DNA of 64,000 nt, taken from the NCBI GenBank assembly GCA_051362555.1, contig CM120646.1, positions 22,506,001 through 22,570,000 of the forward strand, read 5' to 3'. The stretch is from Lingula anatina. Its lineage: Eukaryota; Animalia; Brachiopoda. The position numbers and the translations under genes were made by a program. Below the pieces are notes generated by a model. That model was given only the letters and a program-made list of their open reading frames with translations, ran no database searches and was not told where the DNA came from. Shown here piece after piece: positions 13,301 to 25,072 of the stretch (positions within the stretch are counted from its first letter, which is position 1; each line of letters opens with the position of its first letter).

Positions 13301-14288
13301 AACTGTCATGAAAATCAGTTAAAGGGATAATAACTCTTTGTATGAGATCTATATTCCACAATAAAAACATTGTGAATAACTCATAGAAATATAATATATT
13401 CTGTTTTACCACAAAAACGGCAGTTATGGCTATTATTCTGATTTTTGAGCTTATCTTTAGACCACGTGACTCCCATTGATGGCTATACTCTGTTAAAATC
13501 TCTTAAGAGATTTTAACAAAAAACCAAACATTTTAGAAAAAAAACAGGGACTAACTTTGAATGTAAAAATGGATTCATTAACCATTGGTAAGTATGGGAA
13601 AATTGTTGTTTAATCCAGGAAAATTCATTTTTTGGGCCGAAACGAAGAGTTATTATCCCTTTAAAGTCATGAGTTCATGAAAATATAAATACTTTACATA
13701 TTCCAGACCAGAGGGTCAGTTTTGAGCAGTTCATCCCCATTCTACAGACTGTCATGAAAAACCAGGACACAACCACAGCAGAGGACTTCATAGAGGGGTT
13801 CAAAGTATTTGACAAGGACCAGAACGGCTTTATTGGATCAGCTGAACTGAGGCATCTTTTGTCTTCACTAGGTATGTGTGCTTGTTAAGAAGTTTTTATG
13901 CATGTCTTGTGTCAAATGAAGAGAGATTTTAAGGCACAACAGGGGTCTGTTTTACAAAAATTTAATTTCTGGAGAGGTTTCTTAGACCTTTTGAATCTGA
14001 CAGCTTACTTCTTGAAATTGACTTTGCAATATTGTTCTAAAAATGTTTAACAATTGTCCCACTATAAATGTAGCTGACGTCTAAATGGGATATTGTTACC
14101 ACTGTTTAACTATTGTCACAGCAAGCACAACCACAAGGCACTAAGTTAAAAGTCTGAAGAAATATGATAAAAGAACACTTCCTTGTAGTCAGTATAAAAA
14201 AAATATATATGTATATGGAAAATTCTTGTCACCTGATATGGAGTTCAAGTGGAGTTGTTATTACAATCATGACAAATATAAAAAAATC

Positions 14289-14346
<58 letters not shown>

Positions 14347-14821
14347 CATCAAGCTGTTGTTACACATCGTGCATCATGAATCATTGGTGGTATTTATTGG
14401 TCGCTATTGATTTTCAGGTGAGAAATTAAGTGACGAGGAAGTGGAGCAACTGCTGCAGAACATGGAGGACTCACAAGGAAATGTTAACTATGAAGGTATG
14501 TGTGTTGTCAGAATTCTTTAACTTGTTTTGCAATGCAGTTACATGAGTGAAACATTCAGAATCTATATCCTGACCAGCAGACTAAGTTATTAATTACTTT
14601 CTTAGTAATTAATCATTGAAATATCAATTTTGGAGTTCAGTTTTATTTAAGATCAGTCCAATCTATGTAGTACTACATGCAACAAAATCTGTTGAATTTC
14701 AAAATAATGGATTTTCATTACCATACCTTAATGACATTACATTTCTTTCTGGGATTACACATAAACCTCATAGTTTTATCTTTTACTTTCAGAATTTGTG
14801 AAAATGGTAATGGCTGGCTAG
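10338..14821 (+). CDS. Mlc-c: Non-muscle myosin essential light chain (Mlc-c/MYL6-like), 150 aa
   Basis: Exons 10338-10349, 10452-10479, 12684-12824, 13707-13871, 14418-14495, 14793-14821 (453 nt). [100 protein letters not shown]. Confidence 0.93.
13276..13318 (+). pseudogene. Decayed duplicate of the start of light-chain exon 4
   Basis: cagaccaga..atcctgattctataaactgtcatgaaaatcag versus the real exon cagaccaga...atccccattctacagactgtcatgaaaaaccag. It has an internal deletion and ends at the TTAA MITE. Confidence 0.55.
13319..13664. mobile_element. Non-autonomous TTAA DNA transposon (Kolobok-like MITE), copy 1
   Basis: TTAA-agggataataactct ... agagttattatccct-TTAA, i.e. terminal inverted repeats with a TTAA duplication. 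Internal palindrome tgttaaaatctcttaagagattttaaca. Close copies at 44381 and 47319 in the opposite orientation. Confidence 0.88.
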
Positions 14822-16042
14822 AAGAGACTCTAGTACAATAGTTCACAAACTGATCTTAAGAAAAATAAAATGACAATGCGCTTAACCTCATCCTCTTAAG
14901 CATAACCTAAAAGAATATCTCCTCCAGTCTACTGTCAAAATGGTTATCCTACAGAATCCTGTTTAGACGAGCAGCAAACCAAGCTTGTCAGCTTACAGCA
15001 AATTGGGAATACTGTGTACGACCTTGGTTTGTGAATTGTTTACACTTATAATGCTGCACAGAAGAAGATATTTACTGGATGTATGGCAATGGGTGGAATT
15101 CAAACTATTTGCAGTGTGACTGTTTGGTTAAGAAGAAAACAGAAGTTAAACTTAAAGTTACAAAGTATTTGCTATTGATGAAAAGGCAAAGAAATTTGAA
15201 AAAAAAATAACAAATTTAGTTGTGCAAAGCATTTTAACAGCATGAGATGAGGAAATTTTGATGTTTTATCAAACTTGGCTGCAAATAATGTCTGTAGTCC
15301 TGGTGAATTTTATGGAAAGATTACCATTTATTGCTTTTACAGTCTCCCTCTTGGAACAGTTAAGCTACTTTTCCCCCATGTAAACTTTAGAAGAAATATT
15401 TTTACATTTAATGGATCTGTATTAAATTTTATACTATAATGCTGTGTGTGTGAAAACTGGTAGGAGATATGGTTAAGTTTAGAAGAAAAACTCGAGATGC
15501 TGGTGGATTATTACCCAGCAAGTAGTTTTTGAGTGATTGATGAGTTACTAACATTCCTTTGTTAGCCAATATGTGAATATTTATGAGATGAGGGTGCAAA
15601 TACTTATAGGTCTCTATAACCACGTATTTATAGCTTCCCAAACTTTCTGAGCTCGGAAGAGATATTGTCATAGAGTGACATTAATATCATTTGTTAGAAC
15701 ATCAAATAAAGGAGATTTATCTCTTAATAAATGTTTCAAGAGATAAAATGTTATTATTCAAAGTGATCTTGTTCAGATTCATTGTTCTCATTCATAATTG
15801 AGGTCTAATTACTCCCAACTTCTCATATGTGACCTTACTACTTTCTCCAATTATTAGTTTAAAAATCTTTCTAACAAGGGTTTAAGGTAGGAATAATAGG
15901 ATAGGGCATTTTAGGGATGTCTTTTGTAGAAAAGTACCGGGGCGCACAGCGTGGGGGCGCAGGATAAATAAATACATTTAATAAAGGAACAAATTCAATT
16001 TAATTGCAATTCTGGACACATTTATGAATGAAAAATTTATTC

Positions 16043-16115
16043 CGTCCCCGGTGGGACTCGAACCCACAATCCCCGGCTCCGGAGGCCGATGCCTTATCCA
16101 TTAGGCCACGGGGAC
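16043..16115 (-). tRNA. tRNA-Arg (anticodon CCG)
   Basis: GTCCCCGTGGCCTAATGGATAAGGCATCGGCCT-CCG-GAGCCGGGGATTGTGGGTTCGAGTCCCACCGGGGACG: 73 nt, perfect acceptor stem, A and B boxes, followed by a T5 Pol III terminator. Confidence 0.96.
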
Positions 16116-16465
16116 GTACAGCCAAGAAGTGGGTCAAATTTTCGTACAGTTTCTTGAGGCAAAATTACAAATATAGGTCACGCTTAACATGAGTTTTTAG
16201 GTTTAATGTGCTTGTTTTGTTTGTCAAATTAAAACCTGTTAAAAGTATTAAAACTTTTGGAACATGAGATGAGGCAACTGACTCCCAGTTCAGGCAATTA
16301 ACATCCCAACACGGTCCAATTTATATTTCAAAATCTCACGAGAACTTGTACAATATGGCGGGAGTTTCGTGAAGTGAGGCAAGCGGAAAGCGTACAACAC
16401 ATGAATGCGTTTCATTCTGGTTTTATTTCAAAAGTTAATTCTTGCGGTCCAATAAAACTTAGAAA

Positions 16466-19400
16466 ATGCGCTTCAGAGGAAAGATTGTAGATGTTGGATG
16501 CATCCAGCACTTCACACGTAAGTAATTCACTGTAATAAAACCACACACCAGTTCCCCTGTGTAACACCATTTCCATAGATTTTTAGATCGATCTATCCCT
16601 GTGGGGAGTCCCACTAGATTACTGTCAGCTTGGCCAGCTTAAGCGTCTGTCCCGCCTACTAAAAGCTGTAAGGGGGTAATTAACTATGGTGCCCGCTCGG
16701 CTGACTGCAATTTAGCGTGAACCCCCAGGGAGTTAGGTCAATCTAAATTTTAATCCTTGGATCGATCTAAATCTCTGGAAATACACCCTAAGTCACTCAG
16801 GTAATGATAATAATAATAATAGTAACATCGAGTAATAACGTGCAAAAGAAATGATGTACATTACTTATATGGTGGGAGGGGGAATACTCCAAAAGTGCCA
16901 AATTTTATTCGCGATATAGTATTTTTGTTACTTTTACAAACTGTTATTTAGCGTTCAGATTTTAAAATATTACATCCAGTCAGTACTTCAGTATATTTGT
17001 GTTATAATTTTTATCATCTCAAAATCCGTCTTATCAGGAGTGATCAGCATGGTAGCCAAACTTGCCAAGAACTGTACTGTAAGAATAACCGCCTCCAAGA
17101 TCTACTTTATTTTATCTGAGAGGTTGGTTAACGGAGGGGTCAACATATGGTGTGAGCTGTCACAGGTGAGATAGAGAGGCCATCAGAAAGTATCTCTCTG
17201 AGAATTATATCTTCTCTCTGGAAATTATGTTTTCTGAAACGCAAGGTAAAAATAATCACATAACTTATTTTAATCAATATAAACCTTGTATTACTGTTTT
17301 CACTTGTTGTTTTTATTTATTGTTTTGTCTTATATAAGAACTGTTATCTTCTTGAAAGGGGATGTGCACTATGTACACTATGAAAAACAGCTTTGCATGT
17401 AATGAAATAATAGCCTCAAACACTTAACAGCTTTACATGTATACCACATCAAAGATTATTGGACTATCAGTAAGTTATTTTAGTATTCAGTAGAAAACCA
17501 AGAGATAAAATGCTTTGCCATTTTATTTTGGGACATGATATGTGAAGCAAATCAAATAACATTACCTTGGAATCTGTTTTCTATTTCCAGACTAATTTCT
17601 TCAGTGAGTATGCTATGGATGGGCTGTCAGAGGAGTATAACGAGATCTTCCTCGAGGTCGTCCCAGACAATATGGTGAAGTGCCTGAAGACTGCTCAGAC
17701 AGCAAAGTCAGTCAAGATCAAACTGACAAAGAAACACAGCCCTTGTTTGACTTTTGAAGTGGAACTTGTAAGTGAATCTCACTGACACACAATGTTTCCC
17801 ATCTATATTCCTATGAAAAAACTTAACACCTAATCAGTACACATAACTATATATGATGTCTACACTTGGATTAATTCTGTCATTGAGACTTCAGAATTTG
17901 TAGGTTGCAATGGCTAGTGGGCACTAGCTCCACAGGGACTTGCTGACTCTCATGCCTCCTGCTGTTTCCAGTTCCTGTTATTGCCAACCAACGCATTAAT
18001 TAGTATAATCATTAGCTTCTCTGTATTCTGCTCAATGCCAGGAGGAGGCGTGTTAGTCTGTTAATCTGATTGCATTCAGCAGGAGTCCTCCTGGATTTTT
18101 GTTTGCAGTTACTTGTGATCTTACTCATTCTGAATGCCCCTTGGCTTAGACGTCAGTGCTAAATAAGATACTGAAATTTTTAATTCCTCTGATCATCGTT
18201 TCACAGCCCTCACTGACTGGTCATTCCCGTGTGGTCACTCATGACGTCCCAGTTAATGTAATACCAAGGAGACTTTGGGACGAGTTTGAAGAACCAGAGA
18301 TGCCAGACTTTGATGTGAGCAGTTATAGGGGAGAAGTGAAGTACATGATCTGGTTACTAATGAAAAAATTCCCATCAGCTTATGTAGTATATACTGTTAA
18401 GGGACCTCTCTCATTTAGTCCTTGTAAGTCGGTGTCTCTGTGTTACATAGTTATAGACAGCATAGAAAATATTTATCTGAATAGAAAGGAAATTCCTTCA
18501 GGCCTCTTTGGGATATAGAGATCTTGAGCATGTGATATATTGTTGGGGGAATTTAGATCTGGAGCATGTTTAATGGAGATAAAGCTGGCTAACAGTCTGC
18601 GGTGTATAACACTAGATCTTATTCAAATATCCAATACTTTAGAAGTTAATGATAGATATCTGGGGGTAGTACTAACACTCATCAATTAAGCCAAATGCTG
18701 AAACTGGTTCAAATTGGCTAAACGAAATAGAGTTAATGTGACATATTCAAATTTAAACCATTTGGAGAAAAATGTGATGAAAAAATAGTGATTTGGCTGA
18801 AGGGAAAAATGCTAGCACTACCCCAGCACATTATCCTTTTATACCTTATTTTGTCATTATTATTGATTTTATCCTGTGTATGCTATATCACATTTCTGAT
18901 ATATCATTCCAGGTCAGTATTTACATGCCGTCCCTAAAGGTGCTGAGAAATGTGACAGACAAAATGAAAAATTTGAATAACTATGTGGTGAGTTTTAGCG
19001 CACTGCTTTATGATCATTCTTACTGAATTATAACATTTATTTGTATTATTAAGTGTTTTATTTATTATAAATCATACAGTTAATACATTTTATAGCAGTA
19101 CCCGAAGTTCTAGGTAAAATGATCATTTTATTAGTGGATTAATGCCTTTTTGACCTTCAAAAAGCTGTAATTTTGAAACTGTAAATAATATATTTGTTCG
19201 CAATTTCAATTTCATCCTCTTATGAAAAATAAAAAAAAGATTATACTATACAGATTACTCCCTCCTCATTTGTATTGTTATATTTCACTTAATGTATTGT
19301 ATTATAGACAATAGCTGCCAATGGAAGTGGAGAAATGGTGCTGAAAGTTGAGACAGACATGGCGTCTGTTTCTACACATTTTGGGGACTTGTCTAACCCA

Positions 19401-20445
19401 CAGTGGTGTAAGTTTGGAATAACTAAACCTATTTTGATACTAGACCTGATGAGAGAGAGAAAATTACTTTAATCTGAACATGACTGTTCTTCTGCTGCCA
19501 TTCCATCAGCAATGATGATGGATGTTACAAACAACCGTCTAAAAGTTGTTTTGCTGATGTTGAGCTGACACTTTTTTAAACTTGAGTCAAGCACTGAGCA
19601 TATTCTGATTAGGCCTGGAATAAAGTTAAACCTATTTTTCACCAAGTACATCATTGATTTATTTCAACTTTTTGATATAGTGTTTGTTGGAATATAGGGA
19701 GTGAGTCATTGTTATTTAAAAAAAAACTTAAGCTATAAGCATTGATTGCCAAAAACTAACATTTGTAATTTTGACTGTGTTTTAACTTTAACATGTGCAA
19801 GATGATAAGAGATGAAATTTAAAAGTAAGATTTCTGTTGTATGCACAATTTTTATCAGTACTTTAAAATATGCAATTTTGGTGCAAAAATTGTGATAAGT
19901 TTGAGTAATGTAATGTCAGCACTCTCAGCAATAGCACTGAGATGTTTAAACAATTATTAAAGTTTTATCATTCATCTGATTTTAGCCAAAGAAAATGCAC
20001 CAGCTGCAGCCAACAGCCAGCCAAAGGACAGAGACCCTGAGAAGTTTGCAGAGGCCAGGATAGACATCAGGAAGTTTTCCCAGTTTTTATCAGGGCAGCA
20101 AGTGAACCCAGAAAGGGTGATATGCAGTAAGTTTAATTTTACTCTCTAGGGCAACATGGTTGTTTCTCTCACATAGTTTCTGTTGCAATTTCTGTCATTT
20201 GCATGTATTTTTCATGTGTTCAGTTTAAAAACTTTAGAAACACTGTTGTCACTGGAAATTGCTCTTGGTTTGTTTCTGTTTCTGAATTGATATATGCAGG
20301 CTTCCTTGATAAAAGTTTAGGGAAACTAATGAAGTATTTACTTTTTTTTTTTTTTCCAGATATACTGGACAACAGGGTGGTACATTTCTTCCTCCTGCAT
20401 GATGACGTGTCCCTGCAGTACTTCATGCCTGTCATATCGTCATGA
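16466..20445 (+). CDS. HUS1: Checkpoint protein HUS1 (9-1-1 clamp subunit), 288 aa
   Basis: Exons 16466-16517, 17038-17165, 17591-17767, 18207-18314, 18913-18987, 19308-19407, 19986-20126, 20360-20445 (867 nt). [81 protein letters not shown]. Confidence 0.96.
16568..16784. mobile_element. MITE in HUS1 intron 1
   Basis: Imperfect terminal inverted repeats atttccatagatttttagatcgatc ... gatcgatctaaatctctggaaat. A second partial copy lies at 5047-5150. Confidence 0.7.
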
Positions 20446-20760
20446 CAACAGACATCGTCATGACAACACTACTCCATGCTGGTCATTTTGTTGTGACAAC
20501 CGTACTTCATGCCTGTCATATCGTCATGACAACAGTATGTCATGCCAGACATTGTCATGGCAACACTACTTCATGCTGTTCATATTGTTGTGACAACAGT
20601 ACTTCATGGCAGTCGTATCATCATGGCAACACTACTTCATGCTAGCCTTTTCATCATGGCAACAGTAATTCATGCCAGTCATTGTCATGACAACAGTACT
20701 TCATGCCAATCATATCGTCATAATAACAGAACCTCATGCCCATTATATTGTCATCTCAGT
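20416..20760 (+). repeat. ~33-bp minisatellite (~11 units) starting in the last HUS1 codons
   Basis: Unit cagtacttcatgcctgtcatatcgtcatgacaa. The first unit encodes QYFMPVISS*. Confidence 0.92.
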
Positions 20761-21294
20761 TGATTTCATGTTGTCAGTTTTTTATCGGTTGATTATTTAA
20801 TGTTGTCAGTATTTCTTATCTTAGTTGATAATATAGTGTTATCGGTTTTTCTTATCTCAGTAAGGGTTTTCCACAGCCTTCAACTACCTTCAGAACAACA
20901 AGGCAAAGCTCTGTAAATGATGTAAAAGATTTTACTTGTCAAATTGAAATTCTAAAATCCAGAAACAGCAAATTGTAATTATGGTTTTAAATAGTCAGCT
21001 TGTGCCCTTTCGAGCAAGAATCAACCGACTTTGTTTTTGGTTCATTATCAATAAATTAATGCTGTGTAACGATAAATCAATGTCTTAAACGTTTATTTAT
21101 CTTCTTGTATTTTCCTTGAATTTAAAGATCTGTTGCTCTGTTTGAAATTTTAGCACAGTTATATTCAAAACTCTGGATGGTAGAGGGTACATTGAAATTT
21201 ATCTCAGTACATGTTTTGTTTAAATGTAATCAAAACTTGTTGGCGTCTTAAAAATATATCAGATTTTATTATATTAAACATGAATCCTAGTTGG

Positions 21295-22978
21295 CTATTT
21301 TTCTGACTTCCTTTGAAGTTTTCCTTTATAATTGAAGTCCACACTCTTGATATGGTGAACCAGCCTGGAATAAAAAAGAAACCGAAAAAATAACAGATAT
21401 AAACCAGTTGCAGCAGGTCTTTTATATAAATGATGATTGATGAATGATGATTTTTATGCAGTTTGTGAGACTTAGAAGTTGGTCAATATCAGACCTGAGT
21501 TACTGAGGTCTCTGAAAGCTGCTCTCTGTATTATATCATTATGCCTGTGTGTTCCACTGACCTGTGACTTGGAAAGGGCGTAGTTTAAGTTGACTGACAG
21601 GTCATGCGAGAATAGTTGCAAGCTCGACAACTCGGAAAAGATATCATTCAGGGGCTTTACAGATTTGTGTGGGGGGGGAAGGGGGGGGTTACTCTGACTG
21701 AACCCATGCTTTATCATTTGAGAATCATTTTTGAAAACACGTAAGGGTATGGTTTGTTATTTCTGTCCGTTTAACTGGTGATTTGAAGATTTATTCATAT
21801 GTGTGTACACAAACTTGTGGTTAATTTGACTTTAAAAACAAATGAAAAATACTTTATAGAAATGACTTTGACAAAGAATCTTACCCCGAAGTAGACTTCA
21901 CAAAATATTTTCAAAAAATTTATTTAATGCGCTTCTTAACTCGTATCTATGTAAAGGTTCACCAGAAATAACCAGATAATTATATTAATGAACAGATCAA
22001 TAGATCTCTTGAAGACTTACCAGTCTTTACAGTACTCCAGCGTCTCCGCATCCAGCGGGAGTTGGAAGGAGATCATCTCGGCGAGAAACTTGGTGTGGAG
22101 ACTCTTGTGGGAGTCGTGGCCACTGAACCCTGCTTCCTTCATCATTCTCTGTAAGAAAAAACGCAGTGAGATTTTACATGAATGGCGAAGATTTCTACCT
22201 ATTTCTGTCACAGAGGGTTTACATGTATCTATATATCTTAGCTGTTAAATTAAGTATTTTTAACTTTATTTAACTCCTGAATTATCCCTTCAACAACTAA
22301 CAATCATCAGATAGACATATCTATCATATATTACACAATTTGAAATACGATAAAATAATATTAACAAAAATAGCGCAGTGATTCCCATTACCTCCTCACT
22401 GACGAAATGGTCTCTGTACACATGTATGGTGTCTAGGAGGACTTGAGCACTGCCCGGATTCTTGGCACAGTTAAATATCCCTTGGAAAAGTTTTCTGTGG
22501 TCTTCGTCCAGATTGTCATACTATAAAAATATAATAATAATAAATTAGTAAATAAATAAATAAATAGATAAATAAATAAATAAAATGCAGCAAATAAAAA
22601 TAAAAAACAAAAAAATAAGTTCTATAATATGCACTTATTTTACATATTATACTTCTACAATATGTCGTCCACCAAGTAAATGCATTCACGAAGTGGCGAT
22701 GATAGTGTCGTTTATATTTATTTATTTGTTAAATATTCTTACGATCAAGCCGTATTAACGTAGATATCAGCTGCAATATGTACGTAGCCCACCGAAAAGA
22801 TATATTCATTAATAGTGGTGACAATAGTGACTTTTGGTTTCTTTTTATAACAGCATGCCGTACTTACGTAGACTCTGAAGCTCTCGTCCCATACAAACGG
22901 CTTAGGAATCTCTTCGTGTTCCTCTTTCATCTCTTCCTTCAGCCTTTGATGGCGTCTAAAAATCCACGACAGAGGCAT
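21295..22978 (-). CDS. Myohemerythrin-like di-iron protein (Hr-A), ~145 aa
   Basis: Exons 22978-22868, 22520-22392, 22148-22021, 21364-21295. [70 protein letters not shown]. All seven ligands are present (H25, H54, E58, H73, H77, H106, D111 in myohemerythrin numbering) with myoHr-type H77-H106 spacing. Confidence 0.93.
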
Positions 22979-24112
22979 GGTGATATGTTGTCCAGAAAAG
23001 TGTAATCAAAAATATCACTGTCTAGGTTTAGATAGACGAAGCGGACAATTTTGGGTGGTCGGTAAATCCTGGACTAAGTTTAACTCCACATATAATATGC
23101 CCAAGCGGGCGCATGGAAAAGTGAGAACTACAGTTGGGTGATCACTGATAGAGACGTTACCTGGAAAGAGTTCACGACTTTAATGACAACCGCATGGATG
23201 GATCTGGCAAAAATCCTGCTGAGAGGTAGACGGAACGAAAGCTCTTGGAAGGTGTATCACACGTTATATGTGTGAAGAGAGAGAGAGAGAATAAATTACT
23301 CAGGCCGTAAAGAATAGGACGCATCTTTAATATTTTATTTTAATTAAAAGTCGATACAGTAAAATATTTTGGCAGAGTACCCCCCATTTTAACCCTCGGA
23401 GGCCAGGACGTGCTGAATTGCGAAACCACATGGATTTGTTTGTTATCAAGTAGATACAATATCGATTTGTAGAAGTGTTTTTTCACATGTTATTTTCCTT
23501 TAACCTTTACTTCAATATTGAGCTATTGACCTTTGATATTAAAGGGCATTGTATATAGGGTGTTGGCATGAAACTTCTAAGCAAAAGCCAAAAGGTTTTT
23601 ACAACTGTATATTTATGTTATGATTGTCATCTTTTTTCGTCAACCGTCAGAAATTGAATTTCATTCTGTTGTCGAGTTGAAATGTGACTGATTAAAAAAA
23701 AAACATTTACCCACACAAGTTTGTTTAATTTTAGAGGAAGCTAGTTAACAAGAGAAATCATAATTAAATGGCGTTATGGGGTAGAGCCCCCCCCTCCCCC
23801 CCCCCCCCCCCCCAACACACACGTACCCTGCGTCAGGGAAATTCAATTACGGGAAAAATTGCTCTAGTTGTGTGCTGTAGGATCGTCATATTTATATGTA
23901 CCATCTGTGTGTAATTCGGTCACTTTCCCACCGCGGAATAGTCGACACAGACCTATCACGGAGCGAATCACATAGGAATTCAGGGCTTTCTGTGTCCGGT
24001 AATACCTTTTTTTTTCTTTTTTTTTCTTTTTTTTTTTTTTTTGTCTTTCATTTTTTTAATTTGGTAAGACAAACAATATTCTCTCTCTTGCAGCTAAACA
24101 AATAATTTCATT

Positions 24113-24162
<50 letters not shown>

Positions 24163-24391
24163 GAAACTGTTTAAAAGTCAAAGAGAAAAAATGTTGCGTG
24201 TTGGCAAATGCAAAAATATACAGTAAAAGACTATTTTTGGTGAGTTTTATTTTTTTAGATTAATGATCAACGCTCTCCGTCATGTACGTATTTGTGATAA
24301 TAGACTGTACAAAGTGTTTTATCCCTTTTCTCTTTAATTTGCCTTACAAAGCAAGGCGGTGTTTAGAGTCGTTCCCATAAAGCAGACGACG

Positions 24392-25018
24392 ATGTGGCAG
24401 GAAAACGGCGATCATTCTCCAGACCAACCCCAAGTTGCCAGGCTATGTAGCCGTGTGTCCAGGATTGAGATAAGGTCCGGCAACAAGACAGTAGTCAGCC
24501 ATAGGCAGCAGAGCTATGCTACTTTTACGGAGACGGATAAGACGCATGTCCCAGAGTCGTCCGTATGGGATGAAAATTTTAGTCTTGGGGTGAGGAACCA
24601 TAACTTGGTTTGCTTATATTTTAATAGTGTATCACTCCGTTGGCAAAATGACTTATTTTTCATTTCTTGTCATGCCTTGTACTTATATGCATATAATTTT
24701 TAAATGTAAGAAATGCTTGTAACAATTTTTTCTTTTCACTTTAACGAAGTTGACATGGGGAATGGGGGAGTCTTCCTTTGTGCATGTATCGACCAGTTCT
24801 GATGATTATTATACGTTTCTTTAATTTTTCGTCATGATCACATTCTAACAATACTACTCGGTTCTTCCAGTGGCGGCTTGATCAACCGTATGTTCCATTG
24901 TGGTCCAAAAGATTTTCGGTAAGTTGATCTAATGATTGTGAAATTACCAAATTACCTGGCCTGTCAATTACATGTACGTTAAACTTATGGTAAATGTGTT
25001 ATCGCATATAAAGCGCAG

Positions 25019-25072
<54 letters not shown>

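Noticed and set aside
20399-20763. Overlapping Cys/His-rich ORFs resembling metallothionein-like peptides
   Set aside because: They are translations of the 33-bp HUS1 minisatellite in different frames.
23005-23030. CAGTGA in the Hr-A leader (also CAGTGC near 26275) as iron-responsive elements
   Set aside because: The flanks do not form the required 5-bp upper stem with a bulged C.
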